Below are positions 16,867 to 25,602 of a stretch of DNA of 60,857 nucleotides, piece by piece. Positions within the stretch are counted from its first letter, which is position 1, and the number at the start of each line of letters is the position of its first letter. This DNA is from Desulfobacterales bacterium (GTDB taxonomy: Bacteria > Desulfobacterota > Desulfobacteria > Desulfobacterales > UBA2156). A program made the translations under genes and the position numbers. The notes under the pieces are model-generated. The model had not been told where the DNA came from and ran no database searches. It worked only from the letters and a program-made list of their open reading frames with translations. The stretch spans positions 1-60,857 of the forward strand of contig JALVQN010000217.1 of NCBI GenBank assembly GCA_027025555.1, given 5' to 3'.

Positions 16867-19452
16867 ATGACCGAATCGAAAAGCAGCCTGAAATCCGAAG
16901 AAGAACTCCAGGAGATGATCGCCGAGACGGAGTCGGGCGCCCGAAACCCCACGGGTGCGATTTCAAAAAACGTGCTCTTTTTTGTACCGTTGGCCTGGAC
17001 CCTCTTTCAGCTCTGGTACGCCTCCCCCTTGCCTTTTGTCTTTAATTTCGCCGTATTCAACTCCACCGAGGCCCGGGCGATCCATCTTGCGTTTGCCATC
17101 TTCCTGGCTTTTACCGCCTACCCCACGTTCAAATCCTCCCCTCGAAGCTACATCCCTTTCCAGGACTGGGCCGTGGCCCTCATCGGCGCCTTTTGTTCCG
17201 CCTATCTTTTGATTTTTTACGAGGCCCTCTCCGCGCGTCCCGGAAACCCGACCCCCCTTGACTTAATTGTTGCGGTTGTGGGCCTGCTCGTGCTCCTGGA
17301 GGCCACGCGCCGCGCCCTGGGACCCCCCCTGATGGTGGTGGCCGGCGTCTTTATCATTTACACCTTTGCCGGGCCTTACATGCCGGATGTCATCGCCCAC
17401 AAGGGCGCCAGCCTCAACAAGGGAATGTCTCATTACTGGCTGTCCACCGAGGGGGTCTTCGGTGTGGCCCTGGGGGTTTCCACGGAGATGGTTTTCATGT
17501 TCGTCCTCTTCGGGGCGTTGCTGGAGGCCGCCGGTGCCGGCAACTACTTTATCCGGGTTGCTTTTGCGGGTCTCGGTCATCTGCGCGGCGGCCCGGCAAA
17601 GGCCGCCGTGGTCTCCTCCGGATTGACCGGGCTTGTTTCCGGGTCTTCCATCGCCAACGTGGTCACCACGGGCACCTTCACCATCCCGCTCATGAAGAAA
17701 GTGGGGTTTCCGCCTGAAAAAGCGGGTGCCGTGGAGGTGGCCTGCTCCACCAACGGCCAGTTGATGCCGCCCGTGATGGGGGCGGCGGCCTTTTTGATGG
17801 TGGAGTACGTGGGGATCTCCTACATCGAGGTGATCAAGCACGCTTTTCTGCCGGCTGTCATTTCCTACGTGGCCCTGGTGTACATCGTCCACCTGGAGGC
17901 GCTGAAGATGGGGCTTGAGGGTATGGAGAAGCGGCACACCAAGCCGCTGCCCAAAAGGCTCCTCGGGTTCGTCATGACCTTTCTTTTTTTGATCATCATG
18001 GGCGGGGCCACCTATTACGGCATCGGCTGGATCAAGACCGTGGCCGGCGGGGCCGCCATATACATTGTGAGCGTCCTGCTGGTGGCCGCTTACTTGCTCC
18101 TTCTTGCCTTTGCCTGCAGGGTGCCGGAGCTGGATACCAGCCATGAAATCAAGGAGCTCCCGGAAATGGGGCCCACCGCCCAGTCCGGATATTATTTCCT
18201 GCTGCCCGTGGTCGTCTTGATGTGGTGCTTGACGGTGGAGCGCCTTTCGCCCTCCCTTTCCGCTTTTTGGGCCACGGTCCTGCTGATTTTCATCGTCATT
18301 ACCCAGAGGCCCCTGAAGGGGTTTTTCCGCAAGGCCAAAGGGGAGATGTATTCGGTGAGACGGGGCTTTGAAGACCTGATCTCAGGCATGGTGGCCGGTG
18401 CCAGGAACATGATCGGCATCGGCGTGGCCACTTCCGCCGCCGGCATCGTGGTGGGCACCGTGACGCTCACCGGCATCGGTCTGGTGATGACCGAATTCGT
18501 GGAGTTCATCTCGGGCGGGAACCTGGTGTTGATTCTCCTTTTTACCGCCGTCATCAGCCTGATTTTGGGCATGGGCCTGCCCACCACGGCCAATTACATC
18601 GTGGTCTCCACCCTCATGGCCCCCGTCATCGTCAGTCTGGGCGCCAAAGCCGGTCTGATCGTGCCCCTGATCGCGGTCCACCTCTTTGTCTTTTTCTTCG
18701 GCATCCTGGCCGACGACACCCCACCGGTGGGCTTGGCGGCCTTTGCCGCGGCCGGAATCTCCGGAGGGGATCCCATCAAGACGGGCATCCAGGGGTTCGG
18801 CTACGACATTCGAACCGCGATCTTGCCGTTTATCTTCATTTTCAACAACGAACTGCTGCTCATCGGCGTGGGCACCTGGTATCACCTCCTCCTGGTGATC
18901 GCTTCCGCCGTGGTGGCCATGATGTTGTTCGGTGCGGCCACACAGGGGTATTTCTTGACGAAGAACCGGATCTGGGAGACCGCTGCCCTGTTGCTTGTGG
19001 CCTTCACCCTCTTGCGGCCCGGGTTTTGGTGGGACATGATTTACCCCCCCTTGCAGGAGGAGCCGGCGGCGAAGCTGGAAGAAATGGTGGCGGCCATGGA
19101 GCCCGGTTCCCAGTTGATCATCGAGGTCAAAGGGGAGGACATGAAAGGCAAGAAGTACACCAAGGCCGTGATGTTGAAGGTGGGCAGTGAAAAGACCGGG
19201 GCGGAAAGGCTGGCCGCCATCGGGATTGAGACGCGCCGTGAAAACGGGAAGATCCTGGTGGACAACGTGGTCTTTTCCAGCCCGGCGGAGAAAGCCGGCA
19301 TCGACTTTGATCAGGAGATCCTCAATATCAAAGTACCGAGCCAGCGACCGCCGAAGCAGTTGATGTTCATTCCGGCCGCCCTTCTCGGGGCCCTGGTCTG
19401 GTATGTCCAGCGCAACAGGCGCCAACGCCTGAAGACGGCGCCGGCTGCTTGA
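16867..19452 (+). CDS. TRAP transporter fused permease (4TM/12TM, DctQM-like)
   Basis: LEATRR, EGVFG, GGPAKAAV, SGSSIANVVTTG, GQLMPPVMGAAAF, ILGMGLPTTANY, TPPVGLAAF. Confidence 0.93.
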   Translation: MTESKSSLKSEEELQEMIAETESGARNPTGAISKNVLFFVPLAWTLFQLWYASPLPFVFNFAVFNSTEARAIHLAFAIFLAFTAYPTFKSSPRSYIPFQDWAVALIGAFCSAYLLIFYEALSARPGNPTPLDLIVAVVGLLVLLEATRRALGPPLMVVAGVFIIYTFAGPYMPDVIAHKGASLNKGMSHYWLSTEGVFGVALGVSTEMVFMFVLFGALLEAAGAGNYFIRVAFAGLGHLRGGPAKAAVVSSGLTGLVSGSSIANVVTTGTFTIPLMKKVGFPPEKAGAVEVACSTNGQLMPPVMGAAAFLMVEYVGISYIEVIKHAFLPAVISYVALVYIVHLEALKMGLEGMEKRHTKPLPKRLLGFVMTFLFLIIMGGATYYGIGWIKTVAGGAAIYIVSVLLVAAYLLLLAFACRVPELDTSHEIKELPEMGPTAQSGYYFLLPVVVLMWCLTVERLSPSLSAFWATVLLIFIVITQRPLKGFFRKAKGEMYSVRRGFEDLISGMVAGARNMIGIGVATSAAGIVVGTVTLTGIGLVMTEFVEFISGGNLVLILLFTAVISLILGMGLPTTANYIVVSTLMAPVIVSLGAKAGLIVPLIAVHLFVFFFGILADDTPPVGLAAFAAAGISGGDPIKTGIQGFGYDIRTAILPFIFIFNNELLLIGVGTWYHLLLVIASAVVAMMLFGAATQGYFLTKNRIWETAALLLVAFTLLRPGFWWDMIYPPLQEEPAAKLEEMVAAMEPGSQLIIEVKGEDMKGKKYTKAVMLKVGSEKTGAERLAAIGIETRRENGKILVDNVVFSSPAEKAGIDFDQEILNIKVPSQRPPKQLMFIPAALLGALVWYVQRNRRQRLKTAPAA

Positions 19453-19527
19453 CACTTCCAATACAGATATCGGCAAAACGGATCAAACGGATGAAAGGGA
19501 TTTCCACGAGGCCCTCAGGAGCATCTC

Positions 19528-19962
19528 ATGTTTAAAAAGATTCTTGTGCCCGTTGACATTGACTACCCGAAAACAGCAGCAGCCGTGTATCAAAAGGCCG
19601 CTGCCCTGGCTCAGATGAGCAATGCCGAAATCAGACTCCTCAGCGTGATGCCGGATTTCGGCATGCCCATTGTGGCGTCTTTTATTACGGAAGAAGTTCG
19701 GAAAGAGGCCCTGAAGCGATGCGAAACCTCCCTTCGGGCATTCATCAAAGACACGTGTGACCCATCCGTTTCTTATACCATCAGGACGGGAAAAAATTGG
19801 GAGCAGATCCTCAAAGCGGCCGATCGGTGGGGCGCGGACCTGATCGTGGTCTATCATAATCGACAGCGCGAGGTGAACGAGGTCTTCAGTCGTTCCTGCG
19901 CCCAGAGGGTGACCGATCATGCCTCATGTTCTGTTTTGAGGTTGCGCAATATCGAAGCCTGA
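19528..19962 (+). CDS. Universal stress protein (UspA family)
   Basis: MFKKILVPVD, ADLIVV, C-terminal ASCSVL. Usp genes commonly follow TRAP permeases. Confidence 0.85.
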   Translation: MFKKILVPVDIDYPKTAAAVYQKAAALAQMSNAEIRLLSVMPDFGMPIVASFITEEVRKEALKRCETSLRAFIKDTCDPSVSYTIRTGKNWEQILKAADRWGADLIVVYHNRQREVNEVFSRSCAQRVTDHASCSVLRLRNIEA

Positions 19963-20088
19963 ACTTCAGCGCCCCGCCAGGAAAGGGGTGCAAGCGGAAG
20001 GACGGTGCCGCCCGCCCGCCTTTCAAAGGGATGGAAAGAGCGTGCGATGTTTTCAACGAAAAGGCTTTCTAAATTGAAGGAGGAAACC

Positions 20089-21081
20089 ATGTCTGCCCGG
20101 ATACAGGGAGGAAGCATCCGTTTTTTCCGGTTTTTCCGCATGCTATGCCTGGCCGTGCTCGTGCTTTTGGGCGTGGCGTCCACCGGTGCAAGTGCCCTGG
20201 AGATCCTTTTTGGAACCGGCAAAAGCGGCACGTTTTCGCATTTTGTGGGGCGGGGCGTTTCCAGGATCATCAATCAGCAATCCCGGGATTTGGTCTGCAA
20301 AGTGGTACCTGCCTCGGATGCCGTTTACGCCCTGACCAACCTCCGCAGCGGATCATTGGATATTGCGCTCATCGATTCGCGCATGCTCTATGATGCGTTT
20401 CATCAAGGGGGCGCTTTCCGGTTTATGGATATCGGCTACAAAAACCTGAGAAGCCTTCTTCCTTTGTATGAAATGCCGTGGGCTCTGGTTGTGCGAAAGG
20501 ATGCAAAGATCGAGTCGTTGCGCGATTTGAAGGGGAAACGGATCAACATGGGGGCCCCGGCGTCACCGGAACGGATGGCCATGGAGGCCCTTTTTGAAGC
20601 GAAAAGCTGGACCCGGAAGGATTTTGGCCTCGTCGTGGAACTCCCTCCTTCCCAAGCCCAGGACACCCTGGCGTTCTGTCAGGGTGCGGTTCAGGCGATG
20701 GGGCTTCTCCAGGTCCATCCCAATGCATCCGTCAAAAAGCTGTTGCAGCGTTGCGATGCCGCTCTCATCGGGATCCCCCCCCAAGACATTGAAAAGGTGG
20801 TGACCCGGCATCCGGCTTTTTCACAAATGGAGATTGCCGGAAATACCTATCCTTTCCAGGCGGAAAGGATTCAAACCTTCGGAACACGGGGCATCCTGGT
20901 GACCTCTGAAGACCTGGATGAAGACGTCGTTTACCAAATCCTGAAGATCCTTTCCGGCAACGCGAAACGCCTGCAAGGGGTGCATCCCGCCCTTTCTCCG
21001 GCATCCCCCCAGGACATCCGGCAAAATTCCCTGGGCATCCCTTTCCATCCGGGGGTGGCCAAATACCTCTCGGAGCATTGA
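20089..21081 (+). CDS. Second, divergent TAXI-family solute-binding protein
   Basis: AAGGAGG RBS, signal peptide (ASA-LEI), FGTGKSG, DLKGKRINMG, IPFHPGVAKY. Confidence 0.8.
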   Translation: MSARIQGGSIRFFRFFRMLCLAVLVLLGVASTGASALEILFGTGKSGTFSHFVGRGVSRIINQQSRDLVCKVVPASDAVYALTNLRSGSLDIALIDSRMLYDAFHQGGAFRFMDIGYKNLRSLLPLYEMPWALVVRKDAKIESLRDLKGKRINMGAPASPERMAMEALFEAKSWTRKDFGLVVELPPSQAQDTLAFCQGAVQAMGLLQVHPNASVKKLLQRCDAALIGIPPQDIEKVVTRHPAFSQMEIAGNTYPFQAERIQTFGTRGILVTSEDLDEDVVYQILKILSGNAKRLQGVHPALSPASPQDIRQNSLGIPFHPGVAKYLSEH

Positions 21082-21094
21082 ATCGGAAAGATCC

Positions 21095-21319
21095 ATGGAA
21101 AAAGCACAGAAACGGATCCTCGACCTGGAAGGAGTGAACGCCCTCAACGCGAAAGGCTGTCCGGCCTGCGGCAAGAAATTTTCCCTGGGGGATACCGTGG
21201 TGCTGGCCTGCGGCGCATGGGAAGGTCCCCCCCGATATATCCACGAAAGTGAAGCGGTCTATGACCCCAAAAGCCGCACTTACGTGGAGCGGCGCTGTTA
21301 TGAGGCCTCCTTAACGTGA
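21095..21319 (+). CDS. Small Cys/His-rich hypothetical protein, possible zinc finger
   Basis: 74 aa, CPACGKKFSLGDTVVLAC..YIHE..RRCY. Starts 13 bp after the TAXI gene. Confidence 0.6.
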   Translation: MEKAQKRILDLEGVNALNAKGCPACGKKFSLGDTVVLACGAWEGPPRYIHESEAVYDPKSRTYVERRCYEASLT

Positions 21320-22351
21320 GGGGCTGTTTTGGGATGTTTCCCACACCCCTTCGATGACGGTTTGGCATTGGGGACACCGGCCGGCATCAAGAACGTTTCT
21401 TTCGACCCTGAAACCCCATCGGTCGATCAGCAGCATCTTGCAGGTCGGGCAAAAAGTCTTTTCACCGTCTTGGCCCGGGACATTGCCCAGATAAACGTAT
21501 TTCAACCCCGCCTCCTGGCCGATACGGCGGGCGGTCGTGAGACTTTGGATCGGGGTGACGGGCCGGTCCGTCAACCGGTACGTGGGATGAAACCGGCTGA
21601 CGTGCCACGGCGTTTCCGGGCCCAGGGAGTCGACTAGAAAAGCGGTCAAGTCCTTTAATTGGCCGGGATCGTCGTTGAGCCCCGGGATCAACAGGGTGGT
21701 CACTTCCACAAAGATTCCCAGGGATTTCATGTGGACCAGGGACGCTTTCACCGGTTCCAGCCTGGCGCCGCATTGCTTTTTGTAGAAACCATCACGGAAC
21801 GCCTTGAGATCCACGTTGGCTGCATCCAGATAGGGATGGATTTTGTCCAGTGCGTCCCGGGTCATGTATCCGTTGGTCACAAAGACGTTTTTCAGGCCCC
21901 TGGCATGGGCGCGGCGGGCCGTGTCAAGGGCGAATTCGAAGTAAACGGTGGGTTCCGTATACGTATAAGAGATGCTGGCACAGTGGTGGCGCAGGGCGGC
22001 TTCCACAACGGCCTCGGGCGTGGCATCCTCCCCCAGGATCCGGCCGTCCCCCTTTGCGGGCAGTTGGGAGATGTCCGCATTCTGGCAGAAATCACACCGG
22101 AAGTTGCAGCCGACGGTGGCGATGGAATAAGAAAGACTTTGGGGTAGAAAATGAAAAAGCGGTTTTTTTTCTATGGGATCCACGTGCCGGGCAATCAGCT
22201 TGCCGTAAACCAGGGTCTCCAGCACACCGGATCGGTTTTCCCGGACGGCGCAGATTCCACGGCGCCCTTCCGGGATGAGGCAGCGATGGCTGCAAAGAAG
22301 GCATCGCACCGATGCCGGGTCTTTCGCTTTTTCGTATAAAATCGCTTCCAT
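21311..22351 (-). CDS. amrS: AmmeMemoRadiSam system radical SAM enzyme
   Basis: CLLCSHRC..GICAVR, VDPIEKKPLFHF, GCNFRCDFCQN, YTYTEPT, VTNGY, WHVSRFHP, C-terminal CPTC..CPQC. Confidence 0.9.
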   Translation of the reverse strand: MEAILYEKAKDPASVRCLLCSHRCLIPEGRRGICAVRENRSGVLETLVYGKLIARHVDPIEKKPLFHFLPQSLSYSIATVGCNFRCDFCQNADISQLPAKGDGRILGEDATPEAVVEAALRHHCASISYTYTEPTVYFEFALDTARRAHARGLKNVFVTNGYMTRDALDKIHPYLDAANVDLKAFRDGFYKKQCGARLEPVKASLVHMKSLGIFVEVTTLLIPGLNDDPGQLKDLTAFLVDSLGPETPWHVSRFHPTYRLTDRPVTPIQSLTTARRIGQEAGLKYVYLGNVPGQDGEKTFCPTCKMLLIDRWGFRVERNVLDAGRCPQCQTVIEGVWETSQNSPSR

Positions 22352-22354
22352 GGC

Positions 22355-23101
22355 TCATCCTGCCAGCGGTGTAACGGAATGCTTGGGCCCGTATTCCAGA
22401 GGCAGGAGGCGGGTTGTGAAACGGGGCGTCAGGCTCACGGCAACGGCTGCAAATGCGCCGAAGGGACATCGCTGCATGACCCGGGAGGCCTCAATTTTCC
22501 CGGTGATCCGACTCCCCAAGACCGGAAAGCGGCATGCCGTCCGCCAGGAAACAGGGACTTCCCCCAGCAGGGAAAAGGTCATCCGCTTGATTTCCCACAC
22601 GCTGAAAAAACGGGCCCGGTTGTAGATGCTGGGGCTGAACATGCCTTTGATACGCCGTTTTACCCCCTTAAGGGCGTAACGATTCAAAATCCCCAGGATC
22701 ACACGGTCCTTGGCCACCCGAAACGCTTCTTCAAGGGCCTTTTGGGGATGATCCACAAATTCCAAGGTGGTGATCAGCGAGGCGTAATGGAAGGCATTGT
22801 CCTCAAAGGGAAGATCTTCGGCGATGCCCCGATGGAGATCCACCCGGTTTCCCAGCCTGTTGCGGGCCGCATCCAGCATGTAGGGCGAGGGATCGAGGCC
22901 CGTGACAAGGAGCTTTGCCTTTAAGAAGGCCGACAGGTGGAATCCGATACCGCAGCCGATGTCAAGGAGTCTTTCCCCGGAAAAGGGCCGGAGTAAATCA
23001 AGGAGAAGCTGCGTTTGGTGCTCCAGCGTGGCCCGATTTTTTGGATCTGAAAGCCAATCCTCATACGCCCGCGTATCCTTGAAGTCAAAGACATACCCCA
23101 T
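22355..23101 (-). CDS. Class I SAM-dependent methyltransferase
   Basis: LLDIGCGIG, GLDPS, AEDLPFED, LEFV. Confidence 0.87.
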   Translation of the reverse strand: MGYVFDFKDTRAYEDWLSDPKNRATLEHQTQLLLDLLRPFSGERLLDIGCGIGFHLSAFLKAKLLVTGLDPSPYMLDAARNRLGNRVDLHRGIAEDLPFEDNAFHYASLITTLEFVDHPQKALEEAFRVAKDRVILGILNRYALKGVKRRIKGMFSPSIYNRARFFSVWEIKRMTFSLLGEVPVSWRTACRFPVLGSRITGKIEASRVMQRCPFGAFAAVAVSLTPRFTTRLLPLEYGPKHSVTPLAG

Positions 23102-23366
23102 ATTTCATGTTTAAGGAAAAGAGCCGCTTTTTTCAATAAGAAAAAGGCAGTTTCCCGTGCCGGAGGAAACCGGTCGGTTCCAGCCCTGCGGTTTTTAATT
23201 GACAAGCAAAGGGGCTGATCCGCTAAGATGCACCACCGGTTTCAAGAACCGACCCGGCGATCTTTCCCGCTGCAGGGAGAAGGGATCGCCGGCCCGACCC
23301 ATTTTCGGCAATGGCGGGGCGCCCATGCACATGCCGAAGCGGCCTTGAAGGAAGAAGCGGTTTTTC

Positions 23367-25595
23367 ATGAAAAAAGGAAGAGGATCCGGCCCTGGAAAGG
23401 GGTGCCAGAGGCGGCATCGCGCCTGTTTTAAGAAGCCCCCGTTTTCAGGGATCCCCCTTTTTCCCGGCGTCTTTTTATTTTGCCTTTCCCATTTTCTGGG
23501 GATGCAGGGGTGCGCGCCCGTGGCCCGCCGGGCCGTTCTCAAGCTCAGGGACCCCGACCCTGAAGTCCGGATGGCCGCAGCCCAGACCTTGGGAAAAACC
23601 CGGGATCCCCGGTGGATGGCCGCCCTGAAGGCATTGTTGACGGATCCGGATCCGGAGGTGGTTCAAAGCGGGATCGCGGCCCTGGAAAAAATCGGGGATC
23701 CGCAAGCCGTGGGATCCTTGATTTCCCTGTTGAATCATAGGGATCCCGGTGTACGGTATTTGGCGGAAAAGGCCCTTCTGGGATTCGGACCCGAGGCGGT
23801 TTCCCCCCTGATCGCTTCTCTCGCCCATCCCGATGTCCACATTCAAGAAGCCTCTGCCCGGATCCTCGGAAAAATCAAGGACCCTTCGGCGGTCTTTCCC
23901 TTGATTGCGGCCTTTCAGGCGCCTTTTGCGGATCGGGTCCGGATCGCCGCAGCCGTTGCCCTGGGGGACTTGGGAGACGCGCGGGCTGTGGCGCCCCTCA
24001 TGGAGGCCCTTTATGAAAAAACGTCTCCGGCGTTGCATGAGGTTCCCCGCGCCCTGGCGAAACTCGGCGCTTGCGCTGTTTCCCCCCTGATTCAGGCCCT
24101 GGGGGACGCCGATGGTCAGGTGTCCCGAATGGCCATGGCCGCATTGGGAGAAATCGGAGATGCGCGTGCCATCCCACCGTTGATCGGGCGGCTCAAAAGT
24201 GATGCCCCTTTCATGAGCCGCGCAGCCGCCGATGCCCTTGTGGAAATCGGAGAAGCCTCGGTGTTGCCCCTTATGTCCGTGGCCTCGGAAAAAGGAAAGG
24301 CGCGACAGAGAGCCCTTGATACCCTGATCCGAATCGGCGCAGACGGCGTGGCCCCTTTGCTTGAAGGACTCCAGTCCGATCCTGCCCGGTACGAAGCCGT
24401 GGCGCTGGCGGTTTTGCCTGAAATAGGGACGCCGGCGGCCGAGGCTGTGGCAGCCCTTTGGAAAGCGCCGGATTCTTCTGGAAACGATTTATGGGGGAGG
24501 CTCCTTTTGGCCATGGGCCCGCCGGCCGTGCCGTTTTTGGTGGAAGCCTTAAAGGGCCGGGACCTGCACCTTGCCCTCCAAGGCGCCAGGATCCTCGGGA
24601 AGATGGGCGATGAAAGGGGGGTTGCGCCCTTGATGGAGGCCCTGGCATCCGACGAGCCGGTCCTGCAGGCCGTTTCCGCCAAGGCCCTGGCGGATATGGG
24701 CGAGCCCGCCGTTTCCGCCTTGGTTTCCGTCCTGGCCGACCCGGAGTTTTCAGCCCAGGGCATGGTCCGGGCCGTTTTAAAAGAAATGGGTGCCCCTGCG
24801 GCGGAGCCCTTGATCCGGGTGCTGAACAGCGATGATGCCTTGTTGGTGAAAAGGGCGGCGGCGATTCTGGTGGAAATGGAATCGGCGGCCGTGCCGGCCT
24901 TGATCCGGCACCTGTCGGATCCCGACCTTGCCGTGCAGCGCCACTGCGCCGAGATCCTTGTTGAAATCGGAGCGCCCGCCGTGTCTTATGTGACCGAGAT
25001 CGTGGACAGGGCGGATCCGGGGCGCCTCTGGCTTGCGGTGAAAATTCTCGGAGAAATGGGCGACCCCAGGGCGGTGGAGGCTTTGACGGCCGTAAGTGAC
25101 CATCCGGACCCGAAGGTCCGATACTTTGTCGTGGAGGCTCTGGGAAGGCTCAGAGATCCGGCGGCGATTCCCGTCTTGGTGGCTGCCCTGAAAGATCCGA
25201 GAATGAAATTTCATGCAGCAGCGGCGCTTGCCGGACTGGGGTGGCGACCAAAGACTCCCTCTGAAAGGCTCTATTTTACATCGGCCTCAAAAGACGGCGG
25301 GATCTCCGCCTCCCAAAAAGCGGCGTTCCGGGCCCGGTTATGGTCTGATCTGGAAAAAAAGCCTTTTCCCGAAAAGGCCTGTGCCTTTCATGCACTTTTG
25401 AATCTTTTCGGGGAACCGGTCGCTTCTGAATTGGCCCGATTCTTGGAAAGGCAAGGCTCTTTGAAAATGGCAAGGCTTTTCATCGAATCAGGCCTCGGCC
25501 CCCTTGTGGAATCGGGCCTTGATTGGCTCGCACGCAACATCCCCCAAGCCTTTTATGACGATCCCGAGGCCTGGTTGAGGCCCCTTGCCCCTTGA
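23367..25595 (+). CDS. HEAT/PBS-lyase repeat protein, possible lipoprotein
   Basis: Many L.D.D..VR..AA.ALG.IGD.RAV.PL repeats. Hydrophobic stretch ending MQGC near the N-terminus. Start uncertain. Confidence 0.8.
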   Translation: MKKGRGSGPGKGCQRRHRACFKKPPFSGIPLFPGVFLFCLSHFLGMQGCAPVARRAVLKLRDPDPEVRMAAAQTLGKTRDPRWMAALKALLTDPDPEVVQSGIAALEKIGDPQAVGSLISLLNHRDPGVRYLAEKALLGFGPEAVSPLIASLAHPDVHIQEASARILGKIKDPSAVFPLIAAFQAPFADRVRIAAAVALGDLGDARAVAPLMEALYEKTSPALHEVPRALAKLGACAVSPLIQALGDADGQVSRMAMAALGEIGDARAIPPLIGRLKSDAPFMSRAAADALVEIGEASVLPLMSVASEKGKARQRALDTLIRIGADGVAPLLEGLQSDPARYEAVALAVLPEIGTPAAEAVAALWKAPDSSGNDLWGRLLLAMGPPAVPFLVEALKGRDLHLALQGARILGKMGDERGVAPLMEALASDEPVLQAVSAKALADMGEPAVSALVSVLADPEFSAQGMVRAVLKEMGAPAAEPLIRVLNSDDALLVKRAAAILVEMESAAVPALIRHLSDPDLAVQRHCAEILVEIGAPAVSYVTEIVDRADPGRLWLAVKILGEMGDPRAVEALTAVSDHPDPKVRYFVVEALGRLRDPAAIPVLVAALKDPRMKFHAAAALAGLGWRPKTPSERLYFTSASKDGGISASQKAAFRARLWSDLEKKPFPEKACAFHALLNLFGEPVASELARFLERQGSLKMARLFIESGLGPLVESGLDWLARNIPQAFYDDPEAWLRPLAP

Positions 25596-25602
25596 TGCGG
25601 GA

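Noticed and set aside
23540-25240. Repetitive DNA as a CRISPR or tandem array
   Set aside because: The repeats are degenerate protein-level HEAT repeats, with no identical nucleotide repeats and spacers.
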